From NCBI GenBank assembly GCA_040879805.1, contig JBBDJP010000001.1, forward strand, positions 66,173 to 130,172: 64,000 bases of DNA, written 5' to 3'. Under the pieces are notes generated by a model that had not been told where the DNA came from, ran no database searches, and saw nothing but the letters and a program-made list of their open reading frames with translations. The stretch's first letter is position 1. Every line of letters begins with the position of its first letter. A program made the translations under genes and the position numbers. The DNA comes from Candidatus Pacearchaeota archaeon. GTDB lineage: Archaea > Nanobdellota > Nanobdellia > Pacearchaeales > GW2011-AR1. Of this stretch, positions 1-10,028 are shown in pieces.

Positions 1-170
1 GAGAATCGATAAGAATAAAAAATTCTGTTGTGCATACTAACCCTAAAAGCGACGCTTCAAGAGCTTACAAAGAAGTTGCTGCAAAGCTTCTAGGAGTTCA
101 TTATGATTCTAACAGGGATAAAGAAAAAATAATTGAAAAACTCCTTAAAAAACTAGGTTTACGATCTTAA
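1..170 (+). CDS. 3' end of a gene that starts upstream of the window. The tail ...NSVVHTNPKSDASRAYKEVAAKLLGV... resembles the C-terminus of ParA/MinD-family ATPases.
   Basis: Frame 3 is open from position 3 to a TAA at 168-170. The C-terminal motif SxxxAYxxLAxxLLG is typical of MinD/ParA proteins. Only about 55 aa are visible. Confidence 0.3.
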   Translation, partial: ESIRIKNSVVHTNPKSDASRAYKEVAAKLLGVHYDSNRDKEKIIEKLLKKLGLRS

Positions 171-505
171 CTAATGCTACTACCATTATCAATATCTTTT
201 TCTGGACAAATTAAAACGACTTTCTTGTGATCTTTTGTTGAAGCAGCTAATAACATCCCCTGACTTTCTATTCCCATTAATTTTCTTGGTTTTAGATTTG
301 AAAAATAAATTACTTTCTTCCCTTCCAAATCTTCCTTGGAATAAAACTCCTTCAAGCCTGCACAGACGATTCTTTCTCCAAGTTCACCAACATCTAAACG
401 AATCTTGTACAATTTATCTGCGCTTTCAATATCTTCAACTTGTTTAACTTCTGCAACTTTCAAATCAAGTTTAGTCCAATCTTCAAAATCAACTATTCCT
501 TCCAT
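167..505 (-). CDS. Stand-alone tRNA-binding domain protein (Trbp111 / MetRS C-terminal domain-like, EMAP-II OB fold).
   Basis: The protein begins EDWTKLDLKVAEVKQVEDIESADKLYKIRLDVGE...RIVCAG, the pattern of Trbp111/MetRS C-terminal domains. Its ATG lies inside the last codons of the upstream MetRS ORF, a 13-nt overlap. Confidence 0.7.
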   Translation of the reverse strand: MEGIVDFEDWTKLDLKVAEVKQVEDIESADKLYKIRLDVGELGERIVCAGLKEFYSKEDLEGKKVIYFSNLKPRKLMGIESQGMLLAASTKDHKKVVLICPEKDIDNGSSIS

Positions 506-1908
506 TTTATTTTATTAAATAAAACTTCTCCTTTTTTAATTTTTTCTGAAGAAAACTGTTCTTTGATTTTATCTGCCGTAGAAGGCATGAATATCCAAAG
601 ATAGGGCGTTATTTTTCTTATAGATTCGACAACCTCAAATAATACTCTCTTGTCTTTAGTCTCCCATGGTTTTTTGTTTTGGATATATTCATTGCAAACA
701 TCAATAAAAGCAAATATTTCATTGAGAGCTTTATCAAACTCTAAATTATTAAGATGATTTTCAACTTTCTTTTGATTAAAATTACTTAAGAACTTGCTTT
801 TTGTTTCTTCAATTCCAAATTTCTCTACTAGAGAACTTACTCTAGAAACTAAATTCCCCAGCTTATCTGCAAGTTCATTATTATGTCTATCTATAAGTGC
901 TTTTTTAGAAAAATTTCCATCATCTCCAAAAGGTGTTGCCCTTAATAAAAAATACCTAGCAGAATCTTCTCCTGCAATACTAATTAGTTCATCAATATCA
1001 ATAACTCTCCCTCTTGACTTAGAAATTTTCTCTTTATCAAAAGTCCACCAACCATGGGCAAATATTTTTTTAGGAAGATCTATTCTTGCAGAAATCAAAA
1101 ATGCTGGCCAATAAACCGTATGAAACCAAAGTATGTCTTTCCCAATTAAATGTATATTTGCTGGCCAAAAATCTTTTTTATCTTTTTCTCTTGTTGCAGA
1201 ATAATAATTGAACAATGCATCAAACCAAACATAACAAACATGTTTTTTGTCAAAGGGCAAAGGAATTCCCCAGTCAAAATTTACTCTTGAAATACTTAAG
1301 TCTCTAAGCCCTTCTTTAACCCTATTAATTACTTCTTGCTTTCTCTTATTTGGAGAAATAAAATCAGAATTTTTTTCATATAAATCCAAAAGTTTTTTTT
1401 GGTATTTGGAAAGCTTGAAAAAATAACTTTCCTCCTTTATAGTCTCAACTTCTTTTTTGTGAATTAGACAAATATTTCCATCTAATAAATCTTTTTCAGT
1501 ATAATATGCTTCACAACCAACACAATATAGGCCCTCATAATTTCCTTTGTAAATATCTCCATTATCATAAACTTTTTGGAGAACCTCTGAAACAACTTTC
1601 ATATGTTTTGGATCTGTTGTTCTTATAAACTTATCATATTTTAAATTAAGTTTTCTCCATGCATCTTTGAATTTAGGAATTAATTCATTAGTAAACTCTT
1701 TAGGACTTTTGCCCTTGCTTTTAGCAACTTCTGCAATTTTCTTTCCATGATCATCAGTCCCAGTTAGAAAAAAAACATCTTTTCCTTTAATTTTGTTCCA
1801 TCTAGATAAAACATCTGCAGCAATTGTAGTATATGCATGACCAATATGAGGGATGTCATTAGGATAATATATTGGGGTTGTAACATAAAATTTATTTCTA
1901 TTTTTCAT
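493..1908 (-). CDS. metG: Methionyl-tRNA synthetase (catalytic plus anticodon-binding domains, without the C-terminal tRNA-binding domain).
   Basis: Class I HIGH motif (PHIGHAYTT), KMSKS-like KISKSRG, and overall MetRS architecture. Confidence 0.9.
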   Translation of the reverse strand: MKNRNKFYVTTPIYYPNDIPHIGHAYTTIAADVLSRWNKIKGKDVFFLTGTDDHGKKIAEVAKSKGKSPKEFTNELIPKFKDAWRKLNLKYDKFIRTTDPKHMKVVSEVLQKVYDNGDIYKGNYEGLYCVGCEAYYTEKDLLDGNICLIHKKEVETIKEESYFFKLSKYQKKLLDLYEKNSDFISPNKRKQEVINRVKEGLRDLSISRVNFDWGIPLPFDKKHVCYVWFDALFNYYSATREKDKKDFWPANIHLIGKDILWFHTVYWPAFLISARIDLPKKIFAHGWWTFDKEKISKSRGRVIDIDELISIAGEDSARYFLLRATPFGDDGNFSKKALIDRHNNELADKLGNLVSRVSSLVEKFGIEETKSKFLSNFNQKKVENHLNNLEFDKALNEIFAFIDVCNEYIQNKKPWETKDKRVLFEVVESIRKITPYLWIFMPSTADKIKEQFSSEKIKKGEVLFNKIKWKE

Positions 1909-1992
1909 AAGACCAAAACAATTTAGAGATATAAAAAGTTAACTAAGAGTCTTTAGGAAAAATTATTTAAAAGAAGGGAATGTTCTTTTAAT

Positions 1993-2673
1993 ATGTTCAA
2001 CAAAAAAAGATGTAGTAATTGTAATGAAAAATTGGATAGTGACTACAACTTTTGCCCTTACTGCAGGACCCCAACAAAGGGGAAAAACATTAATGAAGAT
2101 TGGGGCATGCTTGGAAAAAACGACTTTGACCAAAATAATGGAGAAATATTTCCTCGAGGATTAAACACTTTATTTAATTCGCTATTTAGTAATCTTAGTG
2201 AACAAATGGATAAACAACTTAGAGAAATGGGAAAATTAAAAGACCAAAAACAAAGAAAAGAAAAGAAAAGAGGAATTGGAATAAGTATTCATACTTCTAA
2301 CGGTAAACCTCCTGAAATAAGGGTGACTTCATTCGGAGGACCTGTTTCAAATTTTAAATCAAAGAAGAATACTAAAAAAAATAAAAGTTCAGTTCTTGAG
2401 CTTCCATCTGCAAACGCAAAAAAATTTCTGGGACTTCCAAAAGAAGAACCAAAAACAGAAATTAGAAGGCTTTCTGATAAAGTTATTTATGAATTAAAAT
2501 TGCCTGGAGTAAAGTCTCTCAAAGACATTTCAATTTCCCGACTTGAAAATAGTATAGAAATTAAGGCACTTGGGAAAAACAAAGTGTTTCAGAAAATTAT
2601 CACATTAAATTTGCCAATAAAAAAATACAAATTCTTGAAAAAGAAATTGGTTCTTGAACTTGATGCAGATTAA
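1993..2673 (+). CDS. Hypothetical protein with an N-terminal zinc ribbon (CSNC...CPYC) and a K/E-rich linker. The C-terminal segment is weakly reminiscent of an Hsp20/alpha-crystallin-like domain.
   Basis: CxxC...CxxC at the N-terminus. No confident family assignment. Confidence 0.3.
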   Translation: MFNKKRCSNCNEKLDSDYNFCPYCRTPTKGKNINEDWGMLGKNDFDQNNGEIFPRGLNTLFNSLFSNLSEQMDKQLREMGKLKDQKQRKEKKRGIGISIHTSNGKPPEIRVTSFGGPVSNFKSKKNTKKNKSSVLELPSANAKKFLGLPKEEPKTEIRRLSDKVIYELKLPGVKSLKDISISRLENSIEIKALGKNKVFQKIITLNLPIKKYKFLKKKLVLELDAD

Positions 2674-2735
2674 AATTCTAATTAGTTTAATTAACAAAAC
2701 TTATAAAACCTAATATTTCTTATTCTATTATTAAT

Positions 2736-2810
2736 GAGCCTGTAGCTCAGTCTGGCTAGAGCGCTGCTCTGATAAGGCAGAGGTCCACGGTTCAAATCCG
2801 TGCAGGCTCA
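2736..2810 (+). tRNA. tRNA-Ile (anticodon GAU).
   Basis: Manual cloverleaf: acceptor GAGCCUG/CAGGCUC, D-arm GCUC...GAGC, anticodon stem CUGCU/GGCAG with loop CUGAUAA, T-arm CACGG-UUCAAAU-CCGUG, discriminator A. No encoded CCA. Confidence 0.85.
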
Positions 2811-2835
2811 TTTTAAACTTGAGAAGTCTAAAATA

Positions 2836-3255
2836 ATGAAATTAGAAAGAATCAAAAAACATCTTAGAAAATCAAAAAAATTCAAATTTCAAGAAAGACA
2901 TATTGTTTATAATTTTGAAAAATCTCCAGAAAGTTCTAATGACTTAGGAATCTTAAGATATCATTTTATTGTTTCTGATGATAGGTTCAGGGAGAATAAA
3001 ATAGAAAAAATATTAAATAATTTTCAGGAAAAAAGCATAATTAATTACCCTTTTGATGAGGTCCGAAGGTTAGAGGGAAAACACTATGGAACAAATTTTA
3101 GATTTCTTTTTGTTAGTTATGACACTCAATATAGTCCAAAATTCCTAGATTTTAAAGGTGTTTCAGAAAATGTTAAAAGAGACACAGATTTAAGAGAAAG
3201 AAAGGTAGGAAGCATTGAAGATTATATTCTAAGAAAATATGAGATCCTTACTTGA
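2836..3255 (+). CDS. Hypothetical protein.
   Basis: ORF with no recognisable motifs. The track ORF begins at 2800 inside the tRNA-Ile 3' end, so the internal Met at 2836 (MKLERIKK) is the more plausible start. Confidence 0.35.
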   Translation: MKLERIKKHLRKSKKFKFQERHIVYNFEKSPESSNDLGILRYHFIVSDDRFRENKIEKILNNFQEKSIINYPFDEVRRLEGKHYGTNFRFLFVSYDTQYSPKFLDFKGVSENVKRDTDLRERKVGSIEDYILRKYEILT

Positions 3256-3304
3256 ATTTCTGAACAACCAAAGAGCTTTTAAACCAACTTTTTCTCAATA
3301 AAAT

Positions 3305-3877
3305 ATGGTCAAAGGAATGTATCATTATTTAAGAAAGGCTTGGAAAAAGCCAGACAAGAAGACACTCCGAGAAAGAATGGTTGAATGGAGAAAATCTCCA
3401 GTGGTTGTAAAAGTTGATAAACCCTTAAGAATCGATCGTGCACGATCTCTTGGTTATAAAAACAAGAAAGGATTTGTTGTCGCGAGAATTAAAATTAAAA
3501 GGGGAGGTCACAAAAGATCTAGACCCAATAAAGGAAGAAGAAGTAAAAGACTTCATACGAGAAAAAATCTTAGAATGAACTATAAATGGATTGCTGAACA
3601 AAGAGTTGCAAGAAAATTCTCAAACCTTGAAGTTCTTAATTCTTATATGATTGGAAAGGATGGTATACATTATTTCTATGAAGTTATTCTTGTAGATCCA
3701 AAAAGACCCGAAATAAAAAATGACAAAGATATGAAAAAGTTTGTAAATTTAAACAATAAAAAGAGAGCCATGAGGGGAATTACAAGTTCTGGGAAAAAAT
3801 CAAGAGGTCTTAGAAATAAATCCAAAGAGAACAAAGCCAGACCAAGTCTAAGAGCCAATAAAAGAAGAGGAAAATAA
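3305..3877 (+). CDS. rpl15e: 50S ribosomal protein L15e.
   Basis: Strong similarity to L15e: YLRKAWKKPD...VEWRKSPVVVKVDKPLRIDRARSLGYKNKKGFVVARIKIKRGG...LEVLNSYMIGKDG. Confidence 0.85.
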   Translation: MVKGMYHYLRKAWKKPDKKTLRERMVEWRKSPVVVKVDKPLRIDRARSLGYKNKKGFVVARIKIKRGGHKRSRPNKGRRSKRLHTRKNLRMNYKWIAEQRVARKFSNLEVLNSYMIGKDGIHYFYEVILVDPKRPEIKNDKDMKKFVNLNNKKRAMRGITSSGKKSRGLRNKSKENKARPSLRANKRRGK

Positions 3878-3919
3878 ACAAACTTAAAAACCACTTCTTC
3901 TTTAATATCAAAAGAAAAA

Positions 3920-4153
3920 ATGGTAAATTATTATATTTTTGGAATTTTAGGTTTAATATCTATTATTCTTGGAACTTTCATATTATCTTTAAAAAAACAG
4001 GTTGACCGAAAAAAAGTATATCCTTTCTTGTTCTTAGGAGGCGTATTTTTATTTTTATACAGTATTTACATAGATGATATTATTTTTATGATACTTCAAG
4101 GAACTTATACTCTTGTAGTTGCTTATAATATCTTTAAAATTTACTCTAAATAA
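3920..4153 (+). CDS. Small hydrophobic (2-TM) protein, hypothetical.
   Basis: 77-aa ORF with two hydrophobic helices. Confidence 0.25.
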   Translation: MVNYYIFGILGLISIILGTFILSLKKQVDRKKVYPFLFLGGVFLFLYSIYIDDIIFMILQGTYTLVVAYNIFKIYSK

Positions 4154-4154
4154 T

Positions 4155-5864
4155 ATGGAATATAAAAAACTCGCAGAATTTTATGAAGAAGCCTCATCAA
4201 CAACAAAAAGACTTGAAAAGATTAGAATTTTATCTAAATTTTTAAAACAAATTAAAAAATCTGATAGGAATGTTCTCTATTTACTTCTTGGAGATATTTA
4301 CCCTGAATATAATGAAAAGAGAATTGGAATTTCAAACAGACTAGCAATAAAATCAATCTCAAAAGCGACAGGAACTGATGAAAAAAAAGTTGTTGGAGAA
4401 TGGAAAGAAATTGGAGATCTTGGAAAAGTTTCTCAAATTCTAACTTCAAAGAAATTACAGTCTACACTTCATAAAAAAAGTTTGACTGTCGATAAAGTAA
4501 TCTCAAATCTTAGAAAACTTCCAGAATTGGAAGGCAAGGGAAGTGTGGGTAAAAAAATTGGGCTTATTACTGAATTGCTTACTTCTGCAACTCCTGTGGA
4601 AGCTCTCTACCTTGTTAGAACTATAATTGGAGATTTAAGAATTGGGATACGAGAAAGTACTATCAGAAATTCTATTGCTGCCGCTTTTTTTGATTCTAGA
4701 AAAGATGCTAAAAAGAAAATCCGGGAAGCTATCGACAAAACAAATGACATTGCAGCAGTATTTGATGTAGCTAAAAAGAAAAAAATCAAAGAATTTGATA
4801 AGCTTCAGCTTGAAGTTGGGAAACCTATAAAAGTTATGCTTGCACAAAAAGCAAAAAATGTTAGTGACGCGTTCAAAGCAGTTGGGAAACCTGCTGCAGT
4901 AGAATACAAGTATGATGGTTTTAGAATGTTGATTCATAAAAAAGGAGATAAAATAACCTTATTTACAAGACGTTTGGAAAATGTAACAAAACAATTTCCA
5001 GAGGTTGCAGAGTTTGTGAAAGAATATGTTAAGGGAGAAACTTTTATCTTAGACTCTGAGGCTGTTGGCTTTGATAAAAAAACAAAGGAATACAAACCCT
5101 TTCAGGAGATAAGTCAGAGAATAAGAAGAAAATATAATATTGAAAAACTCCAGAAAGAACTACCTGTTGAAATAAATGTATTTGATGTTTTATATTACGA
5201 TGGAAAATCACTTCTTAATGAACCTTTCAAAAAACGTTCCAAAATAATAAGAAAAATAATCAAAAACCATCCTTACAAAATAATTTGTTCAAAACAAATA
5301 ATAACTTCTAATGAAAAAAGGGCTGAAAAATTTTACAAAAAAGCCCTTAGTGATAATCAAGAAGGTGTTATGTTTAAGAATCTTGAGGCTATCTATCAGC
5401 CAGGCAGCAGAGTTGGCCATATGTTAAAAATAAAACCTGAAGAAAGGGACCTTGATTTAGTAATTACTGGAGCAGAATATGGGACTGGAAAACGTTCAGG
5501 ATGGCTTTCAAGCTTCATACTCTCGTGTAGAGGAAAGAAAAAAGGGGAATATCTTGAGATAGGAAAAGTAGGGACAGGAATAAAGGAAAAAAAAGAGATG
5601 GGGATGTCTTTTAATGAATTAACCAAAAAATTAAAACCACTTATCATAAAAGAAAAAGGCAAAAAGGTTGAAATTAAACCAAAAATTATTGTTTCGGTAA
5701 CCTATCAAGAAATTCAACATTCTCCTAATTACAATTCTGGTTTTGCTTTAAGATTCCCAAGATTCACTGCCTTAAGAGAAGATAAACCCTTGTCTGAAGT
5801 TGCAGATTTAAAAGAAGTTCAAAAAGATTTTGAGAATCAGAAAAGAAATTATAGGTATGGTTAA
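4155..5864 (+). CDS. lig: ATP-dependent DNA ligase.
   Basis: Adenylation motif KYDGFR (EYKYDGFRMLIHK). N-terminal DNA-binding domain, nucleotidyltransferase and OB domains recognisable. Start set at the internal Met MEYKKLAEFY, which avoids overlap with the upstream ORF. Confidence 0.9.
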   Translation: MEYKKLAEFYEEASSTTKRLEKIRILSKFLKQIKKSDRNVLYLLLGDIYPEYNEKRIGISNRLAIKSISKATGTDEKKVVGEWKEIGDLGKVSQILTSKKLQSTLHKKSLTVDKVISNLRKLPELEGKGSVGKKIGLITELLTSATPVEALYLVRTIIGDLRIGIRESTIRNSIAAAFFDSRKDAKKKIREAIDKTNDIAAVFDVAKKKKIKEFDKLQLEVGKPIKVMLAQKAKNVSDAFKAVGKPAAVEYKYDGFRMLIHKKGDKITLFTRRLENVTKQFPEVAEFVKEYVKGETFILDSEAVGFDKKTKEYKPFQEISQRIRRKYNIEKLQKELPVEINVFDVLYYDGKSLLNEPFKKRSKIIRKIIKNHPYKIICSKQIITSNEKRAEKFYKKALSDNQEGVMFKNLEAIYQPGSRVGHMLKIKPEERDLDLVITGAEYGTGKRSGWLSSFILSCRGKKKGEYLEIGKVGTGIKEKKEMGMSFNELTKKLKPLIIKEKGKKVEIKPKIIVSVTYQEIQHSPNYNSGFALRFPRFTALREDKPLSEVADLKEVQKDFENQKRNYRYG

Positions 5865-6373
5865 TTAATAAAATCCACAAAACTCTCTTCACTAACCACT
5901 TCTTTCCCTTTATATTTTATCTCTCCCACGAAATAATCATCTCTACTTAACAAAGCTTCATAAAAAATATTGTCTCCTGAATTTTTTGGAAGATCTAAAA
6001 TTCTTTTTTTAGGAATCCAGAGGGGAATACCTTCATCTCCTGCTTTAAGAGTTCCTCCATATTCTTCTGTAGAAAAAAGGTAAATATAATAGTCTTCAGG
6101 ATTATCCCAATTATCAAAGATTCTTTCTTCATTAAGAAATGTTATCTGTCCTCTAATTGAATGGTTAATCATTTTGATCCCGGTTTCCTCTTCACACTCT
6201 CTGACTGCAGACTCCAGTTTGCCGTGAGAATTTTCCATTTCACCATCATTTATTTTTCCTCCTGGAAGTGTGAAAAGTCCAGAATTTGGGTCATTTTCTC
6301 TTTTAAATTTCTTTATCATCAAAACCCTTTCTCGCTCTTTATCTAAGACATAAGACATTGTTCCATATAACAT
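5861..6373 (-). CDS. NUDIX hydrolase.
   Basis: Nudix box GGKINDGEMENSHGKLESAVRECEEETGI (Gx5Ex7REUxEExGU). Confidence 0.8.
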   Translation of the reverse strand: MLYGTMSYVLDKERERVLMIKKFKRENDPNSGLFTLPGGKINDGEMENSHGKLESAVRECEEETGIKMINHSIRGQITFLNEERIFDNWDNPEDYYIYLFSTEEYGGTLKAGDEGIPLWIPKKRILDLPKNSGDNIFYEALLSRDDYFVGEIKYKGKEVVSEESFVDFIN

Positions 6374-6435
6374 AGCTTATTTTAGAAGAGAATACTAATA
6401 AAGATTTATGCTATGAAAAACATATGTTTTCAAAG

Positions 6436-6470
6436 CCTTTATAAAGGCCAATTTCCCTTTATAAATAGTC
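6436..6470 (+). promoter_or_regulatory. Putative tbp promoter: two TATA-like elements (TTTATAAA at about 6438 and TTTATAAATA at about 6459) just upstream of the likely tbp start.
   Basis: Archaeal TATA consensus-like sequences 15-45 nt upstream of the ATG at 6482. The ORF track extends the ORF through this region, which is unlikely to be coding. Confidence 0.35.
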
Positions 6471-6481
6471 TTGATTTAAAA

Positions 6482-7105
6482 ATGGCAAAGAAAAAAGATA
6501 CTAAAAAAAAGACTAGAAGGAAGAAAAAAAGCAACTATAAAATCCAAAATATCGTTGCAACAACTTCTCTTGAAAAACCTATTCCTCTAACAAAACTTGC
6601 AAGAACTCAACCAAACACTGAATACAATCCTGAAACTTTTCCTGGACTAGTATTAAGAATCAAAGAACCTAAATCTGCAGTCCTTGTTTTTAGTTCAGGG
6701 AACCTCGTATGTACTGGGACTAAGTCAGTTGCCCAAGTAAAAAGGGTTATACAAGCAGTGATAAAACAACTGAAAAAGATTAATGTGAATATAACTACAA
6801 AACCAAAAATAACTGTGCAAAATATAGTTGCGTCAGGAACAATAAATCTTGACTTAAATCTCAACTTCCTTGCACTTGAAATGAAAAATACAGAATATGA
6901 ACCTGAACAATTTCCGGGGCTTGTTTACAAACTTATAGAACCAAATGCAACTTTCCTCCTTTTTAGCAATGGAAAACTTGTTTGTACTGGAACAAAAAAC
7001 AGGAAACAACTAGAATTCAGCATGACACAACTTTTAAAGGATGTTAAAATTATACTAAAAGATTACGAAGCATGGAAAAAAGAACGTAGAAAACAGTGGA
7101 CTTAA
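6482..7105 (+). CDS. tbp: TATA-box binding protein with a short basic N-terminal extension.
   Basis: Two TBP direct repeats (IQNIVATT...LVCTGTKS and VQNIVASG...LVCTGTKN). Start taken at MAKKKDTKKK. Confidence 0.9.
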   Translation: MAKKKDTKKKTRRKKKSNYKIQNIVATTSLEKPIPLTKLARTQPNTEYNPETFPGLVLRIKEPKSAVLVFSSGNLVCTGTKSVAQVKRVIQAVIKQLKKINVNITTKPKITVQNIVASGTINLDLNLNFLALEMKNTEYEPEQFPGLVYKLIEPNATFLLFSNGKLVCTGTKNRKQLEFSMTQLLKDVKIILKDYEAWKKERRKQWT

Positions 7106-7157
7106 ACTAAATTTCTAAAAACTCAATATTTAAAAAATACAAAGTCCATAGTATTTT

Positions 7158-7460
7158 ATGGTTAATCTCTTTAAAAATTTTAAGAAAATAGGTAAAAAAA
7201 CAAATTTTAGGGCATTAATTTATGGTATGTTTTCAAACTGGGGACTTATAGTTCTTTCCAATATAATTGGTTCAATATTTACAAACACCATTGGAATAGA
7301 CCTTGTAAGAAAATTCATCCCTGCACTATACTTATTAATTGGAATAGCTTTCTATTTCCCTTCTCCGAAATCAAGAGATTTTAGAATTGGATATATTTTA
7401 GCGTTCGTAATCGGACTTATACTCATAACTTTATTCTATTATCCTATTCTAATATCTTAA
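7158..7460 (+). CDS. Small integral membrane protein, hypothetical.
   Basis: Three predicted hydrophobic helices. No motif. Confidence 0.3.
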   Translation: MVNLFKNFKKIGKKTNFRALIYGMFSNWGLIVLSNIIGSIFTNTIGIDLVRKFIPALYLLIGIAFYFPSPKSRDFRIGYILAFVIGLILITLFYYPILIS

Positions 7461-7526
7461 CTCTATTTTCTAAACTATTCTGTAATTTATAATAAAGTAT
7501 AAAAACAATAACTATATTCTCTAAAC

Positions 7527-9566
7527 ATGGATCCTCAAATTCAATCTGGAAAAAGCAACAAAGGGAAAAAGGATGATTTAATGATTGAAGCAAAAAACTT
7601 TTTTGAATTTCATAAAAAAGAGATTGGAAAATCAATAAGAAGGGGTAAAAGTGTTATCAACACTGATTTTACTCAGCTTACAGAATTTTCGAACAAACTT
7701 TCAGAAGAGATTCTGACAAATCCTGAAGAAACTTTGAGAATTGTTGAAATTGCAATAGAAGAAACAGGACTAATAGATAATGTTAGGGTCAGACTACATA
7801 ATTTACCCAAAAGTCAAGAAGTCAAAGTTAGAAATATCCGTTCTAAAAACATTAATGAAATGATTGTTATTGAAGGTATTGTAAAACAGGCCTCAGATGT
7901 AAGGCCCCAAATAGTAAATGCAAAATTTGAATGTCCTTCTTGTGGAACTGTTACGCCTGTTCTCCAAATAGAAAAAAAATTTAGAGAACCTTCAAGATGT
8001 TCTTGTGGAAGAAGGGGTGGATTTAAATTAATAAGTAAAGATCTTGTTGATACTCAAAGACTTGTAATTGAAGAAGCTCCAGAAACTCTTTCGGGAGGAG
8101 AACAACCAAAAAGAATAAACATCTTCCTAAAAGAAGATCTTGTCGAACCCAAAATGGAAGAAAAAACGACTCCTGGAAGCAGAGTTAAAGTTATTGGAGT
8201 TCTTAAGGAGGTTCCAGTGCCTTTACGTTCGGGAGGATTATCAACCCGATTTGAACTTGCAATAGAATCTAATAATATAATCCCTCTTGAAGAAACTTTT
8301 GAGGAACTAGATATTGGCGAAGAAGATGAAAAACAAATAATTGAACTTTCACATGATCCAAAAATATTTGAAAAATTAACCCAAAGCATAATTCCCAGTG
8401 TTTGGGGATACACTGAAATAAAACAATCTTTAGTTTTGCAATTATTTGGAGGAGTCACAAAAATTCATACTGATGGACAACGAAGTAGAGGAGATCTTCA
8501 TATCCTTTTAATTGGAGATCCTGGTGTTGCAAAATCTGCAACTCTTGGATTTATGGCAAGAATTTCTCCTAAGGGAAGATATGTTGTAGGTAAATCTGCT
8601 TCTGGTGCAGGACTTACTGCTACTGTAGTGAGGGATGAATACCTTAGAGGGTGGTCTATAGAAGCAGGAGCTATGGCTCTAGCAAACAAAGGCCTTGTTT
8701 GTATTGATGAACTTGAAAAAATGGATCCTAATGACAGAAGCGCCATGCATGAGGCTATGGAACAGCAAACGATCACTATAAGTAAGGCAAATGTTCAAGC
8801 AACACTACGTGCAGAAACATCTGTGCTTGCTGCAGCAAACCCAAAATTTGGTAGATTTGATCCCTATCAATCAATAGCTCAACAAATTGACCTTCCTCCA
8901 ACTCTTATCAACCGATTTGATGTTATATTCCCTTTAAGAGACCTTCCAGACAGAAAAAAAGATGAAAAAATTGCGAGTCACGTTCTCGATGAACATAAAA
9001 AAAAGGGGAGAGATATGATCATCCCAAGAGATCTCCTTAGAAAATATGTGGCTTACACAAAACAAAAAATCAATCCAATTTTAGAAGATGAGACTGTCAA
9101 AGAAATAAAAAAATTCTATGTTGATTTAAGAAATATGCCTGTTTCAACAGAAGGAACTTTAAGACCCATTCCAATTTCTGCAAGGCAGCTACAAGCACTA
9201 ATAAGGATGTCTGAGGCCTCTGCAAAAATGAGGTTAAGTGATAGGGTAACTCTTGAAGATGCAAACAGGGCAATAAAAATAATGAAATATTATCTTTCTC
9301 AAGTTGGTTATGATTATGAATCAAAAACATTTGATATAGATAGGGGAACTGGTGGAATGCCTGCATCACAAAGAAACAAGGTCTTTCTTGTAAGAGATAC
9401 AATTACCAAATTAGAAGATAAACTTGGAAAAATGGTTCCTCGAGAAGAATTAGAACAAGAACTTGAAGGAAAAATGACTAAGGATGAAATTGATGAGGCA
9501 ATAACCAAACTTGACATAAGTGGAGTAATCTTCAAACCTAAAAAAGGGTATGTTTCAAGAACTTAA
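7527..9566 (+). CDS. mcm: MCM replicative helicase.
   Basis: Zn finger CPSCG...CSCG, Walker A IGDPGVAKSA, Walker B CIDELEKM, arginine finger, C-terminal winged helix. Confidence 0.9.
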   Translation: MDPQIQSGKSNKGKKDDLMIEAKNFFEFHKKEIGKSIRRGKSVINTDFTQLTEFSNKLSEEILTNPEETLRIVEIAIEETGLIDNVRVRLHNLPKSQEVKVRNIRSKNINEMIVIEGIVKQASDVRPQIVNAKFECPSCGTVTPVLQIEKKFREPSRCSCGRRGGFKLISKDLVDTQRLVIEEAPETLSGGEQPKRINIFLKEDLVEPKMEEKTTPGSRVKVIGVLKEVPVPLRSGGLSTRFELAIESNNIIPLEETFEELDIGEEDEKQIIELSHDPKIFEKLTQSIIPSVWGYTEIKQSLVLQLFGGVTKIHTDGQRSRGDLHILLIGDPGVAKSATLGFMARISPKGRYVVGKSASGAGLTATVVRDEYLRGWSIEAGAMALANKGLVCIDELEKMDPNDRSAMHEAMEQQTITISKANVQATLRAETSVLAAANPKFGRFDPYQSIAQQIDLPPTLINRFDVIFPLRDLPDRKKDEKIASHVLDEHKKKGRDMIIPRDLLRKYVAYTKQKINPILEDETVKEIKKFYVDLRNMPVSTEGTLRPIPISARQLQALIRMSEASAKMRLSDRVTLEDANRAIKIMKYYLSQVGYDYESKTFDIDRGTGGMPASQRNKVFLVRDTITKLEDKLGKMVPREELEQELEGKMTKDEIDEAITKLDISGVIFKPKKGYVSRT

Positions 9567-10026
9567 GATGTTATCAAAATTGGTTTGCCAATTATGGATG
9601 AAAAATCCAAAGGATTATTTTTTAAATAAATCTCTGATCACACACATAAATGAACATCCCTTGGAAGAATCTTGTATAGAATATTTTGTGAAAAATAAAT
9701 TTATTGGATACAGAAATAGTGCCTTGGGGGCTTCTGCATTCTTAAAAATAGAAAATGAAAAATGGGATTGGCATCTTTATAATAAATTTTTATATTCTAT
9801 TAATTTCAACAAAAATCTTTTAGAAAATGAAAAGATTGGTGCGTTCATACATGAAATAACTCATGCACATTATTTGAAATCTTTTAATGTTACTGAGTGG
9901 GATGAAAAATTAATTTCAAGTGAAGGGGAAAGATTCTTATCTGAAAATGAAAAATTTTGTGTAGAGATGTATGAATTATCAATTAACAAACTTTGGAAAA
10001 ATTTAGATAAAGATAATAGCATCTAG
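9550..10026 (+). CDS. Hypothetical protein with an HExxH motif (HEITHAHY). Possible small zinc-metallopeptidase-like protein.
   Basis: Single HExxH motif. Overlaps the mcm stop by 17 nt. No other family signature. Confidence 0.3.
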   Translation: MFQELKMLSKLVCQLWMKNPKDYFLNKSLITHINEHPLEESCIEYFVKNKFIGYRNSALGASAFLKIENEKWDWHLYNKFLYSINFNKNLLENEKIGAFIHEITHAHYLKSFNVTEWDEKLISSEGERFLSENEKFCVEMYELSINKLWKNLDKDNSI

Positions 10027-10028
10027 AA

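Noticed and set aside
2800-2835. ORF-track start overlapping the tRNA-Ile 3' end.
   Set aside because: It overlaps a confidently folded tRNA, so the internal Met at 2836 is the more plausible start.
4252-5662. Several 60-100-aa ORFs antisense to the DNA ligase.
   Set aside because: They are fully contained within a well-supported gene on the opposite strand and have low-complexity composition.
6413-6481. N-terminal extension of tbp predicted by the ORF track (MKNICFQSLYKGQFPFINSLDLK).
   Set aside because: This stretch contains the TATA-like promoter elements. The conserved TBP sequence begins at the internal MAKKK (6482).
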